Source of the DNA: a bacterium
GTDB lineage: Bacteria > SAR324 > NAC60-12
NCBI GenBank assembly: GCA_965233585.1
Contig: CBDDTI010000466.1
Location: forward strand, 1 to 31,147
Direction of reading: 5' to 3'
Length of the DNA stretch: 31,147 bases
The translations under genes were made by a program, and so were the position numbers. Positions 1-10,980 of this stretch are shown in pieces. Every line of letters starts with the position of its first letter. Positions within the stretch are counted from its first letter, which is position 1. The notes beneath the pieces are model-generated. The model was not told where the DNA came from, made no database searches, and saw only the letters and a program-made list of their open reading frames with translations.

Positions 1-414
1 GCTGCCAGCTGCCATTGGAACTGCTTGGAACATGCAGACATCACCTGTCAGATGTCAGCTGTCAGAGTCAATGGGGATCATCGGGCCATGGGTTATCATC
101 ATGTTATACATTGAACTCCAAAAATAGCATGTTAATGTATAACCCATTGATTATCCCATTTTATCATTATCAACTATCAACTGATGTGAATTGATGTTGA
201 TAGATGGCTACATCAGTGACCTGTAAACTCCAAAAAATTGCAACGACAAACATGGATTTTTCGGAGAACTCCATGTTTTTTTGGCAACCCAAAGTCAAGA
301 TCCAAAGGATCTACAAATTATTGCACAAATTGCTGGTTGTGGTCACTCTGATCATCCGTATTCCTCATGTATATATATATATGTATGTATAGTTATATAT
401 ATATAATACATGTA

Positions 415-494
415 CCCTCTGGTAAATTAACATAGACCATTTTTAGTGCAAATCTTCCAAACCCTATCTGCCAGGGTCTCAATTTACTGGAGGG
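415..494. mobile_element. Short (~80 bp) MITE-like element
   Basis: Ends CCCTCTGGTAAATT (415) and AATTTACTGGAGGG (494) are imperfect inverted repeats (12/14). Left flank is TA and right flank is TC; it lies next to a (TA)n tract at ~369-405. Confidence 0.5.
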
Positions 495-1032
495 TCTATG
501 ATTTCAACCCTCGGATCCGCCAGTTAGGACACCAGAATTTCTTAAGCCATATCTGCCATACAAAAACCATCCATTTTGGAGATCTCATCATGTTGAATCC
601 TACGCAAGTAAAAAACAACTCCAAATGTTGTCATGTCGGTCATGTTGGTGGATTTTGGAGGCATCATTTCTGCCACTAAGGGGCCGAGGTATAGGTGGCC
701 AGTGTGGGCAGCATCTTCCGCTTCTGCGCAGATAGGAGAAAAGACACCTGCCGCTGTCGGGATTTTTTCTTGGCCGTCCCGGAGGTTTAATGTGGGGTGT
801 TCACCATAAAAAATGGGAATTTCATCAACAAACAATGGGATATTCGTCATCAGACATAAACATGATATGAATTTCATCAACAAAATGCGGCCTGGAGTGT
901 CAGATGTTTTAATATCCTGTAAATTTTTGACCCTATCTAGAGTGGAACAAAAATCGTGAAAATCTTCGGACACCTACCATATTATGCAAAGTCTAGAATG
1001 ATTTTGGATCATTTTGGGAACCCAATTGAGTT

Positions 1033-3354
1033 GTGTTTTTTGATGTAGAGTGTTATCATTTTAATGATTTTCGATCTCGATGGTTGCTGCCCACTCTTTC
1101 TACTCGATTGGCCAAGCACCGCCTCTTGTATGCCTTCAAGATGGTTCAACATGCCCCGCAAGATCTGATCACCTGCATCACGGCTGAGGATGAGCTGGAC
1201 GGTCACTCACCCTGGTGTCGTGCGCTTCGACATGCCATTGACTGGCTCAGACTTCATGACCCACAAGGCATTGCCCAGTGTTCTGTTGACACGCCTGCTA
1301 CGTTGATTCAGTGGCTGCATGATCACCAACGTGATGGACCATCCCTGGTGCGAAGGCTAGCCCGCAGAGTTGTCAAACAAGATCAACTTGCCTATGACTT
1401 GAAACAGAAGACTCGACAGATCTATGAAGCATGTCGGCTACAAGGTGTTGTTTTTGACCATGTGCCCGAAGAGCCTCTTTCTGCCTCAACCACAGCGTTT
1501 GTTTGCACAACGTGTGGGCAGGGATTTAGCTCAGTTCAAGGTCTTCAAGCTCATCGCTGGCGCAAGCATCAGATCTTTTCAGAGGAACGGCGATACATAT
1601 ATGACACCACGTGTCGAGCCTGCAACCGCTGCTTCTGGACGGTTCAGCGCTTGCAGCAGCATCTCCGTTGGAGTCGTCAGCATTCTGATGGCTGCTACTA
1701 TGTGCTGCAGCGCTATTTCCAACCCCTTGATGTTCCAGTTCAATGCAGCCTGCCGGACTTTGCACGTGGGATTTCACGTCTACCAGCCAGTGTGGTGGAA
1801 GGTCCCTTACCAGATGTGATGCCTACGGTTTGGCAACTTCAACAGAAGGAGAAGCGTGCTCAGCTGATGCAACAGTGGCGTCATTGTGGTTATCCTGATG
1901 ATCTACCACCAGATTTTCAGCAGCATGTTTATGCCCAATGCACTGCCGTCACTTTGACATGGTGCCAAGACACGCTTCTGGATGATCTATGTGATGATCA
2001 CCTGATGCACCGTTGGCTCTCCACATTGGACGACATTGCAGATGCGGACACTGAACAAACTCATTTGGCCACGTGGGCCTTTTTGCTGTGGGGACAATTT
2101 GTGCTTCCTGACCTTGTTGAAGGCACCGAAGACCCTGATTTTCAGATTTGCATGGATCGTGCTTTCTTTGAGGTGGCCAAATTGTTCGAGATGGGCGATC
2201 TTTTGAATGCTTTGGATAAGCTTGATCGTGCTCGTGAACCAGAAGCTGCTTTGAGCGACCCACCCGTTGTGACCACCGACTCCAGACAGAGAGTGACTCT
2301 TGAGCCCTTTTCCCAGGGATACCTTGACCAAGCATTGCTTTTGCGCCCTGTAACACCTCCGGTTTTGACTTGGCCTGAAGCTTCTGCTGTCCCTGTGGTG
2401 ATGGGATATCATGAGAAGCCTACGTTGTTTGTGCTGCACATGTTTTCAGGCAGACGGCGAGCGCTTGACTGTCACCACTGGATTGAAACGTTAGCTCCTG
2501 TTTTGCTGCCTGAGTACAATGTGATCTCTCTTTCTATGGACACAGCCATTCACCCTCAGCTTGGCAATATCCTGGAAGGAACAAGCCTGACTCATGCAAT
2601 TGCTCTGGCCCAAGGGCATGCAATTGCGTTAGGGCTGACAGGGCCGCCTTGCGAGACATGGACGGCGGCGAGACACATTGCATGTGATGAACTCCATGGC
2701 GAAGGCCCTCGGCCACTCCGTTCATGTGAACATGCTTGGGGCCTCATCGGATTGTCCTTCAAAGAGCTTTGCCAGCTTGGAACAGGCTCTGGATTAATGC
2801 TGAACAGCATGCTTCTGGAGGTTTTGATTTCATGGGCAGGGGGCGGCAGCATCATGGAGCATCCAGCGATCCCCGAGAATGAGGAGTACGCTTCCATCTG
2901 GAGGACGCTGATCCACCGCCACCTCATCATGCGCGCGCCGATGGCTCAGATGGTGCGCATTGAGCAGTGGCGCTATGGAGCACCATCGGTCAAACCGACG
3001 ATTCTGAGAGGCTTAGGACTGCCCAAATTGGCGAAGCATTTGCATGCGTGCAAACAGCCCGATTTGAAGAGACCCACGACAGTCTTGGCCGGATTTGACC
3101 GCACCAAAGGGTGCTTTAGAACTTCTGCGGCAAAGGAGTACCCCGCCGGCCTGTGCGAGGCTCTTGTTCGCTCTGCATTTCAGAGCCTCAAGCTCCGCCT
3201 TTTGCGCTCAGGCACCAAACCTGTACAGTGGCAAGACTTTGACCCCAGTGCCCGTTCGTGGGCTGGAGGTTCAAAGCACCATCGCTTTTGCTCCATCCTA
3301 CCTGCCGGACTACCAACCTTTGTAAAGTGTACACAATTGGTGGTCCCAGGATGA
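1033..3354 (+). CDS. C-terminal part of LINE ORF: 2x C2H2 zinc finger + C5-cytosine DNA methyltransferase domain (no true start codon; probable frameshift near the end, alternative stop at 3325)
   Basis: Zinc fingers: CTTCGQGFSSVQGLQAHRWRKH (~1504-1569) and CRACNRCFWTVQRLQQHL (~1612-1666). DNMT motifs in the expected order: I LHMFSG (~2434-2451), IV GPPCETW with catalytic Cys (2641-2661), VI MEHP (2854-2865), VIII-like QWRYGAPSVKPT (2965-3000), X-like AAKEYPAGLC (3127-3156). Confidence 0.8.
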   Translation: MFFDVECYHFNDFRSRWLLPTLSTRLAKHRLLYAFKMVQHAPQDLITCITAEDELDGHSPWCRALRHAIDWLRLHDPQGIAQCSVDTPATLIQWLHDHQRDGPSLVRRLARRVVKQDQLAYDLKQKTRQIYEACRLQGVVFDHVPEEPLSASTTAFVCTTCGQGFSSVQGLQAHRWRKHQIFSEERRYIYDTTCRACNRCFWTVQRLQQHLRWSRQHSDGCYYVLQRYFQPLDVPVQCSLPDFARGISRLPASVVEGPLPDVMPTVWQLQQKEKRAQLMQQWRHCGYPDDLPPDFQQHVYAQCTAVTLTWCQDTLLDDLCDDHLMHRWLSTLDDIADADTEQTHLATWAFLLWGQFVLPDLVEGTEDPDFQICMDRAFFEVAKLFEMGDLLNALDKLDRAREPEAALSDPPVVTTDSRQRVTLEPFSQGYLDQALLLRPVTPPVLTWPEASAVPVVMGYHEKPTLFVLHMFSGRRRALDCHHWIETLAPVLLPEYNVISLSMDTAIHPQLGNILEGTSLTHAIALAQGHAIALGLTGPPCETWTAARHIACDELHGEGPRPLRSCEHAWGLIGLSFKELCQLGTGSGLMLNSMLLEVLISWAGGGSIMEHPAIPENEEYASIWRTLIHRHLIMRAPMAQMVRIEQWRYGAPSVKPTILRGLGLPKLAKHLHACKQPDLKRPTTVLAGFDRTKGCFRTSAAKEYPAGLCEALVRSAFQSLKLRLLRSGTKPVQWQDFDPSARSWAGGSKHHRFCSILPAGLPTFVKCTQLVVPG

Positions 3355-3416
3355 GCGCTTTTCTGCTGCATGTCCGCACAGTCCGTGAGACTTACTGCGA
3401 GTGAATTGAAAAAAAA
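1075..3416 (+). mobile_element. 5'-truncated non-LTR (LINE) retrotransposon carrying a cytosine methyltransferase domain
   Basis: Intronless GC-richer ORF with post-RT-type sequence (LPTLSTRLAKHRLLYA), two C2H2 fingers and a C-terminal DNMT, followed by a short 3' UTR ending GTGAATTG-A8 (3409-3416). The architecture matches the DNMT-bearing LINEs described in Symbiodinium. RT and endonuclease are absent. The 5' boundary is approximate and no TSD was found. Confidence 0.8.
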
Positions 3417-4121
3417 CCTACGCGAGGCTTACATTTCGCGTACGCGCGCACAATTTCAGCCTACGCGGAAGCTTGGGTGGGGATAGGTTGCCTACGCAGG
3501 CCTACGCGCGTGAGGTTTTATGCAATTTTTAGCTAAATATGCCTACGCGCCCACAGTCTCAGCAACATTTTCGTATGATTGCGCACCCTTTTACAAAGCT
3601 GTTCATGATCCAATGATCGCATTAAAAACAATGAGGAGGAAGAGGGCCATGTGCTTATTCATCGGTTGTTACATGGTGAGAAGACATTAGGCAACTACCT
3701 ATTTCGCCAAAAATGCATCGAGCACGTTGAGCGCGCGTTTTTGTTTCCAGTCCGCAGATGACTCAAACGAAGAGGAGGAAGAGGAACTTGAAGAAGAAGA
3801 AGAAAAAGAAGAAAAAGGAGAAGAAGCAAAAGAAGAAAAAATTAGTCCGCAGGTGTAAGACGCTGGTTCTGCCGTCGCTTCTTGGCAGCAGGGATATAAT
3901 ATTCGTTGCAGGAGCATGTTTGGGGGCATCCCTGGTCATGAGAGTTTTCGCCTACGCGTTGCCTACTTTTCGCCTACGCGGTGCCTACGCGGGGGAGCTC
4001 CTTTATTTTCGGATTTTGGCCATGCAAACTTCGAGGCTTGAGACTCTGCAGAAAAGGGAACGGAATAGTTCCATTAGCTTTTGTTTCTCAGCAAAACAGT
4101 TGCTATCTTCTAATTACTTGT
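3417..4121. repeat. Left part of a repeat region with clustered (G)CCTACGC(G) motifs; target of the giant insertion
   Basis: Same-orientation CCTACGC motifs cluster at ~3417-3550 and ~3949-3992. The same motif resumes after the giant element at ~30837-30910. Confidence 0.55.
3768..3840 (+). repeat. Purine-rich (GAA/GAG)n low-complexity tract
   Basis: gaagaggaggaagaggaacttgaagaagaagaagaaaaagaagaaaaaggagaagaagcaaaagaagaaaaa. Confidence 0.8.
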
Positions 4122-4261
4122 AACCTCTGTTCTTTGATTGGGATAGTTTGGTTTTTGAAATGATAGTTTCATTTTGGGTGAAACAATGCAGTTGTTTTTT
4201 GCTTTTCAATTTGGGGATGGTTTTCCAACATGTTTCTTTTCATTTTCTAGGGTTAAGTTTT

Positions 4262-4500
4262 CATGCTAAAATTGAAACCTGGAGAGGTGGGGGCAGGTCA
4301 GAACAAAAAAACATGCTGTAATTCAAACAACAAGTATCATGATTACTGAACCAAACGCACACACACATACACACAGTTGTCATGCTTAAATTGAAACCTG
4401 AAGGGGTGGGGGCAGGTCAGAACAAAAAAACATGCTGTAATTCAAACAACAAGTATCATGATTATGAACCAAACACACGCACATACACATACACAGACAC
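4262..4500 (+). repeat. ~119-bp subterminal tandem repeat, 2 copies (left arm)
   Basis: Unit CATGCTWAAATTGAAACCTG...GGGGGCAGGTCAGAACAAAAAAACATGCTGTAATTCAAACAACAAGTATCATG... starts at 4262 and 4381. Confidence 0.85.
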
Positions 4501-4860
4501 ACTGCCAATGACCATCAAGTATCATGAACATATAAATATATACATAAATGTCTTTATATATATATACTTAATCAATGGTCATGCACATATGATACCAATA
4601 TAGTGTCACCAAGAGGCATGCACGTATGTCACCATCACAAATCATAATATACCATCCAGTGTCCCACAGTTGTCATCCACTTGTGATACCACCATGCACA
4701 TGTCATGAACATAAATATGATACCATTAATTTGTACCTGCAGGTTTCCTGGACAGGTGATGCCGTTGCAGCAGCCTTCAGCTGGGGATGGTGGGGATAAC
4801 GTCCCTGAACAAGGGACTAGCCCTGAACAAGGGCATCATAACCCCTAAAATAATGGGCTT

Positions 4861-5063
4861 CAATTCCAAGACTTGGCATTCCAGGCCTTGGCAATTGAAT
4901 TAAGACATCAAATTCAATTCCAAGACTTGGCGTTCCAGGCCTTGGCAATTGAATTAAGACATCAAATTCAATTCCAAGACTTGGCGTTCCAGGCCTTGGC
5001 AATTGAATTAAGACACCAAATTCAATTCCAAGACTTGGCATTCCAGGCCTTGGCAATTGAATT
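4861..5063 (+). repeat. 54-bp minisatellite, ~4 copies (left arm)
   Basis: Unit CAATTCCAAGACTTGGCRTTCCAGGCCTTGGCAATTGAATTAAGACATCAAATT starts at 4861, 4915, 4969 and 5023. It produces the 18-aa repeat ORFs in the track. Confidence 0.9.
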
Positions 5064-7149
5064 CGTATCCGTTCCAAGAAAAGGGTTAAACAAAAATCTG
5101 TCCCGTAGCTGGCAAATACATACATACACCTCCCTGTCATTTTCAAAGTTGTGAGAATTCATCAGGAATAATTCCAGTCTAGATTTTTTTTCATATTCTT
5201 ATTTTCACAAATGAGTTGGATGACTATATGCATAGTTCTTTTTTTTGTCTGGTGCGTGGCATTTTTGGGGCTTGGTGTGATCTACAGGTGTTCAATGCAT
5301 ATACATGACTATACTCATACACTTCTAGTGGATTGCATGCTCCAACCATCAGGTTCCCAAATGTGGTTGTAGGAATGGAGCTGCATAGGAACCTAAATAC
5401 CGACTGGTTTGACATTAGGATTTCAAATGGCAGACCTTCAACCAAATTAAACAAAAACACACTGTTTTTGAAGACATGATTAGATATGAATAGTTGTGAC
5501 TAGTGTAACGATGGAACAGTTTGAATTTGCTTACTATGGTCTTTGCACCAAAAGGTGTCGAACTTTAGCTGCTCTTGACAGAAAACACATTGTACCAACA
5601 GGGCACTGTTACTCTTCTAGATAAACCATACTCTTAGAGGGACATTCCATCATGCCTCCCTCGGGGATTTCCATTCAAGGTTCCAAATGTCCAAGAGGAA
5701 CAGAATTGCTTGTTTGCTTCTCTTGGGTTCAATTTCTATATGATGTTGTTATTGATGATGATTATTAAATGTGGAAGCTGAACATGAAATTCAGACTTGG
5801 TCATTTTCCAAGTCTGCAAAATCTCTATGGTTCGGTCTCCCAGACAATGTTTTGGCACAATAGTGAATCTTCAATGCACTTCAAGACTTGGCCTCTCAAG
5901 TCTTGCACTGACAAACGTGATCACTGAGACTTTAAGGTTTTTCTCGATGTGATGCAAATGAGTTCTTCAAAAGTTCAAGGCTTGAATCCAAGTCCAACCA
6001 CTCATGTTTGTCTCAATTGGCTACACTTCCCAGGTCTTTCACATATGGTTGATTCATGGTAGTTACCACTAACATGGTTCAGAACTTGGCTGTATCAGTA
6101 TTACTTTTTTGTCCTTTCATGACCTGGTCTTTCAAGACATGAACACATTTTTTTCAAGACTTGGCATCCCAAGTTTTGAAACAAAAAGGTAAGAGTTCAC
6201 CCTTAAATTGTCCAAATGCATTGCACCAAGTTCTGGATTTGATTGGACTTGGCATTCCAAGTCTGGAACTCAACTTGACCCATCTTGGTAACTATTTGAC
6301 CTTCCAAGTCTTCAAGCTCAAGACTTGGGTTTTTGTTGCAAGGTTTTCTGCCTTGGCTCACCAATGAAGTTAGTCTTTGCGACTTTTTAAAAATAATAGG
6401 TTTCAACACTTGCTACCGCCCTGAGCCTGAAAACTTGCAAACAAGCTGTTCTGTAGTTTGATACTTGTTATGTTTCCTGTTGGGTGTCCAGAGTGGTAAA
6501 GATTGGTCTTGTGCTCACAACTTGGAACTCCAAGTCCGGAGCCCAAGAATGATATATTGCAATACTTGGCCTTCAAGTGTTGGAAATGATTTTATTTCAC
6601 TTCCAAATTTTAACCACTCCTAACATTTTACAACCATGTACTAAAATGTGTAACAAGCGGAAACTTTATACATGTGTTTTTTCCTGCCATATGTGGGGCT
6701 GTGCCCGCATGATTCTTTACACATGATGCAATCTTAAAACTTGGCTTCTCAAAATTTGAAACCATTTGGTGTTGTATGCTTGCACATGCCTTTTACAAAA
6801 GACACAATGTGGAATTTCATGGCATCATGCCATCTTCAAGACTTGGCTTCCCCAGTCTTGAAACTGTTTGCAGCTAGTTTTTGCTAACAATAGACTGTGG
6901 ACATCCAAGGTATGAACACGATGGGTTGTTTTTCAAGACTTGGCATCCCAAGTTCTGAAACGTGACAATTTTTCAACTCATGCCCCTAACTTGACAACGG
7001 TACCAAGTGTAACACCCATCCAGGTTTGGCAGTCCAAAGCGGTAGGGATGGGCATTGTGCAGCTTAAGAATGGTGCATTGCAAAATTTGGCCTCAAAGTG
7101 TGAAAATGAGGTTCCTGAGAAAATGGTTTAGAAACTCGCCACACTTGCC

Positions 7150-9328
7150 TTCCCAAGTCTTGAATCCTTTTGGGGCAAAGAATTTCAACATTAGACCCTT
7201 GCCAAGAATTATGTCTTTCATGATTTGGCCTTCCAAGACATGAACACAAGTGAACATGATTGTCAAGACTTGGCAGCCACAGGTCTGAAATCTTACACCT
7301 TTTTTTTGAAGACTTGGCATGCCAAGTTTTGAAATGTTACATTTTTGCAACTCCATGTCCCCAAGTCTTGACAATGACTGCACTATTCAAGACGTGGCTT
7401 TCCAAGTCTTCAAACTTGTCGGGGTAACGAATTTCAACATTAGACCCTTGCCGAGAATTATGTCTTTCATGACTTGGCCTTCCAAGACATGAACACAATT
7501 GGAAAAAGTTTTTCAAGACTTGGCAGCCACATTTCTGAAATCTAACACCTTGTGTTCAAGACTTGGCATGCCAAGTTTTGTAATGGTGTTACATTTTTTT
7601 GCAACTCCATGTCCCCAAGCATTGACAATGATTGCCCTATTCAAGACTTGGCTTTCCAAGTCTTGATTTTTTTGGCGGTATAGAATTTCTTCAGTATAAG
7701 TAAGATTTACTGTATGTCTTTCATGACTTGGTCTTCCAAGACATGAACACAAGTGAAAATGATTGTCAAGACTTGGCAGCCACAGGTCTGAAATCTTACA
7801 TTTTTCTCTCAAGACTTGGTATTCCAAGTTTTGAACTGCTACATTTTTGCAACTCCATGTCCTCAAGTCTTGGCAATGATTGCACTATTTGAGACTTGGC
7901 TTTCCAAGTCTTGAAACTATTTGCTGTATAGACTTTCAACAGTATAACAAAGACTTATGTCTTTCATGACTTGGTCTTCCAAGACATGAACACAAGTGAA
8001 AATGATTGTCAAGACTTGGCAGCCACAGGTCTGAAATCTTACATAGTTCTTTTAAGACTTGGCATGCCAAGTTTTGAAATGTTACATTTTTGCAACTCAG
8101 TGTCCCCAGGTCTTGACAAATAACTGCACTATTCAAGACTTGGCTTTCCAAGTCTTCAAACTTTTCGTGGTAAAGAATTTGAACGTTAGACTCAAATAAG
8201 AACTTTCATGACTTGGTTTTCCAAGACGTGACCACAAGTGAACATGATTGTCAAGACTTGGCAGCAACAGGTCTGAAATCTTACATTTTTCTTTCAAGAC
8301 CTGGTCTGCCAAGTCTTGAAACGTTACGTTCTTTGGCAACTCCATGTCCCCAAGTCTTGACAATGATTGCCCTACTCAAGACTTGGCTTTCCAAGTCTTG
8401 ATTTTTTTGCGATATAGAGTTTCAACAGTATAAGTAAGATTCATGTCTTTCATGACTTTGTCTTCCAAGACATGAACACAAGTGAAAATGATTGTCAAGA
8501 CTTGGCAGCCACAGGTCTGAAACCAAGTCTTGAACTGCGGCATCTTTTTGCAACTCCATGTCCCGAAGTCTTGACAATGATTGCACTATTCAAGACTTGG
8601 CTTTCCAAGTCTTGAATCCTTTTGGGGCAAAGAATTTCAACATTAGACCCTTGCCAAGAATTATGCCTTTCATGACTTGGCCTTCCAAGACGTGAACACA
8701 AGTGAACATGATTGTCAAGACTTGGCAGCAACCACAGTTCTGAAATCTTACATTTTTCTTGAGACTTGGCAATATCCCATGTCTTGAAATGTTACATTTT
8801 TTGGCAACTCCATGCCCCCAAGTCTTGACAATGATTGCACTAGATAAGTCTTGAAACTTTTTGGGGCAAAGAATTTCAACATTTGACCCTTGCCAAGAAT
8901 TATGTCTTTCATGACTTGGTCTTCCAAGACGTGACCACAAGTGAACATGATTGTCAAGACTTGGCAGCCACAGGTCTGAAATCTTACATTTTTCTTTGCT
9001 ACAATTTTGCAACTCCATGTCCTCAAGTTTTGACAAAGATTGCACTATTCAAGACTTGGCTTTCCAAGTCTTGAAACTTTTTGCTGTATAGACTTTCAGC
9101 AGTATAACCAAGATTTATGTCTTTCATGACTTGGTCTTCCAAGACATGAACACAAGTGAAAATGATTGTCAAGACTTGGCAGCCACAGGTCTGAAATCTT
9201 ACATAGTTCTTTTAAGACTTGGCATGCCAAGTTTTGACATGTTACATGTTTGCAACTCAGTGTCCCCAGGTCTTGACAAATAACTGCACTATTCAAGACT
9301 TGGCTTTCCAAGTCTTGAAACTTTTTGC
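7150..9328 (+). repeat. ~245-bp satellite, ~9 diverged units (inner part of left arm)
   Basis: Anchor TTTCATGA(C/T)TT recurs at about 7216, 7465, 7719, 7962, 8204, 8448, 8668, 8907 and 9122. Each unit holds several CAAGACTTGG/CCAAGTCTTG motifs. Confidence 0.9.
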
Positions 9329-10980
9329 AGGAAACAGTTTGATAATGTTTGGCTTGCGCTTGTTGGTGCTTGTAGCCGCTGCTGCTGCTGCCCCTGATGA
9401 TTCACCCTCAGCTCGGTATGCATTGCCCTCCCTGTTGAGAGCAGCATTGTGCTGCTGAACCACCTTCATCCATTCATCCCGCACTTCTGGAATGGTGAGC
9501 TTCTCCTCCATCGCATCCAGGAAGGCGGCTCTGAGAGGAAGTTCATTCGATGCACTTGGAAATGTGCATGTGAAATCAGCAGAATTCAAACTGGGCATGA
9601 TAAGATTTTCTGCGTAAGTCGACAATGGCTCCCAATTTGGAACGACTGTGATGCCTTCTGTGGCTAGCCTGAAGCCGCCTCTTCAGGGCGACACAAAGCC
9701 AATTCGCAACTTTCGCCGCATCGACCTTCCTGTTGGCACCATTTGGATCACGAGTATTGGCCTCGGCCCAACAAGGCCGACACAAAGCATTGATGGCAAC
9801 TTTGTGTTGGAGGACAGCCGCATGATGGCTTCAGCCATGCTGTGGTCATAGGCAAAGGTGTCAATGATGCAGCAGCCCACTGAGCCATCAAGGCCAAGAC
9901 CAAGCAAAAGGCCCTGTAGCCATGCAGATGGCAAAGAAAAGCCTGACAGCCATTGCTTTCGCCTGCTGGCTCTGGACAAATCCATGACTCCTGCAGAAGT
10001 CTTGAAGTCACGCCGAGGGTCGACGTAATTCCTCACTGAATTCATCTGCACCGTGATGTCCTTGGAGGATGGAGTCACCTGTCGTTTCCAAGCTGCAGAC
10101 TTGGCAAACACACTGACATAATCACCTTCTTCCTGCAAGTCACTAATGATTGCACATGAAAAACTTGTGTACACCAGGTCGGTATGACTGTGGTGGATAA
10201 CTTGAATGGTCAAACATCACAGTGACTTCACGCAGCACGAGTCGGTGCTCTGGCATCTTCAAAAGTTCCATCATCTTGGCAGCTGTATTCGCAATTTCAT
10301 CCTCATCACATGCGTTGCCATATCCACCAACAGTCGGGCATGCAAGGACCAAGCATGTGTTTGCTGGTGATGCTGCGATCAAACCAGCATACTCCTTCAC
10401 AGCTGTCACTGTGTTCTTCCAGCCATCATACCCCAAGGTTGAAAAATTGAGCCAGTAGATCTTGAGAAACTTGTTCTCAGCCAGACCCTTCTCAGCTGCA
10501 AAGCGATGGATTGATGCCTCATAGAATGTCGTTCCATGGCCACATTCTGAAAGATCTCGGACTGGGAAGTTGCACTCTTGCATGGCATTGATTGCAGCAC
10601 GTTGAGCCTCACGCTGTTTCTCAAGCATTTCTGCACGTAGACCCAGACCGACCTTCTGAAAGTTTTCAACGCCAAGCTGGTACTCCTTGAACTTGGTCTC
10701 TTCTTTTTTGGAGCTTTGCAACGGCCTTGACCATCTCAGCTTTCTGTAGATCCAAGTTGGCTTTCTGCAGGTCCAAGTTGGGCCCCAGCATCCCCTCTGC
10801 AACACCATAGTCAGCCAAGAATCGGAAGTCGCCAACTTGCAGGGGACTGGATCCGGATCTCCTCCATCATCTCAGTGGCCAGGTAACTGCGGACAAACGT
10901 CAACTCACAAGCTTCCAGCTGTGCATCTGTGAGCACCTTCTCGAATGCCGGGCGAAAGTGTGCAAACAAGCAGCACATTT
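9329..10980 (-). pseudogene. 3' portion of cargo gene 1 (unknown protein; degenerate amino-MTase-like segment); frameshifted and 3'-truncated against the satellite
   Basis: Protein-like frames chain through ORFs 10143..10835, 9683..10213, 9576..9785 and 9293..9625 via small frameshifts. The frame is continuous with 15882-16116 once the 10981-15879 insertion and one TT are removed (...DDAHSWQ|MCCLFAHFRPAFEKVL...). Confidence 0.7.

Larger units (their letters stand above)
4122..9328 (+). repeat. Left terminal inverted repeat arm (modular)
   Basis: Order from the end inward: terminal unique segment, ~119-bp tandem, 54-bp tandem, ~2-kb segment with dispersed CAAGACTTGG motifs, ~245-bp satellite. 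Mirrored at 25459-30732. Confidence 0.9.

Noticed and set aside
542..973. 143-aa minus-strand ORF
   Set aside because: No recognisable domain and mostly AT-rich intron-like sequence. A short host exon in the GC-richer ~680-790 stretch is possible but I cannot support its boundaries.
1040..3430. Target-site duplication for the LINE
   Set aside because: The sequence after the A8 tail (CCTACGCGAGG) is not present near the 5' truncation point, so no TSD is claimed.
3699..4123. Lys-rich and Ser-rich ORFs
   Set aside because: Both are translations of the (GAA)n tract; there is no other coding evidence.
4817..9311. Many short ORFs in the left arm, with mirror ORFs at 25408-30720
   Set aside because: They arise from stop-poor tandem units on both strands and all frames, and are broken differently in each unit.
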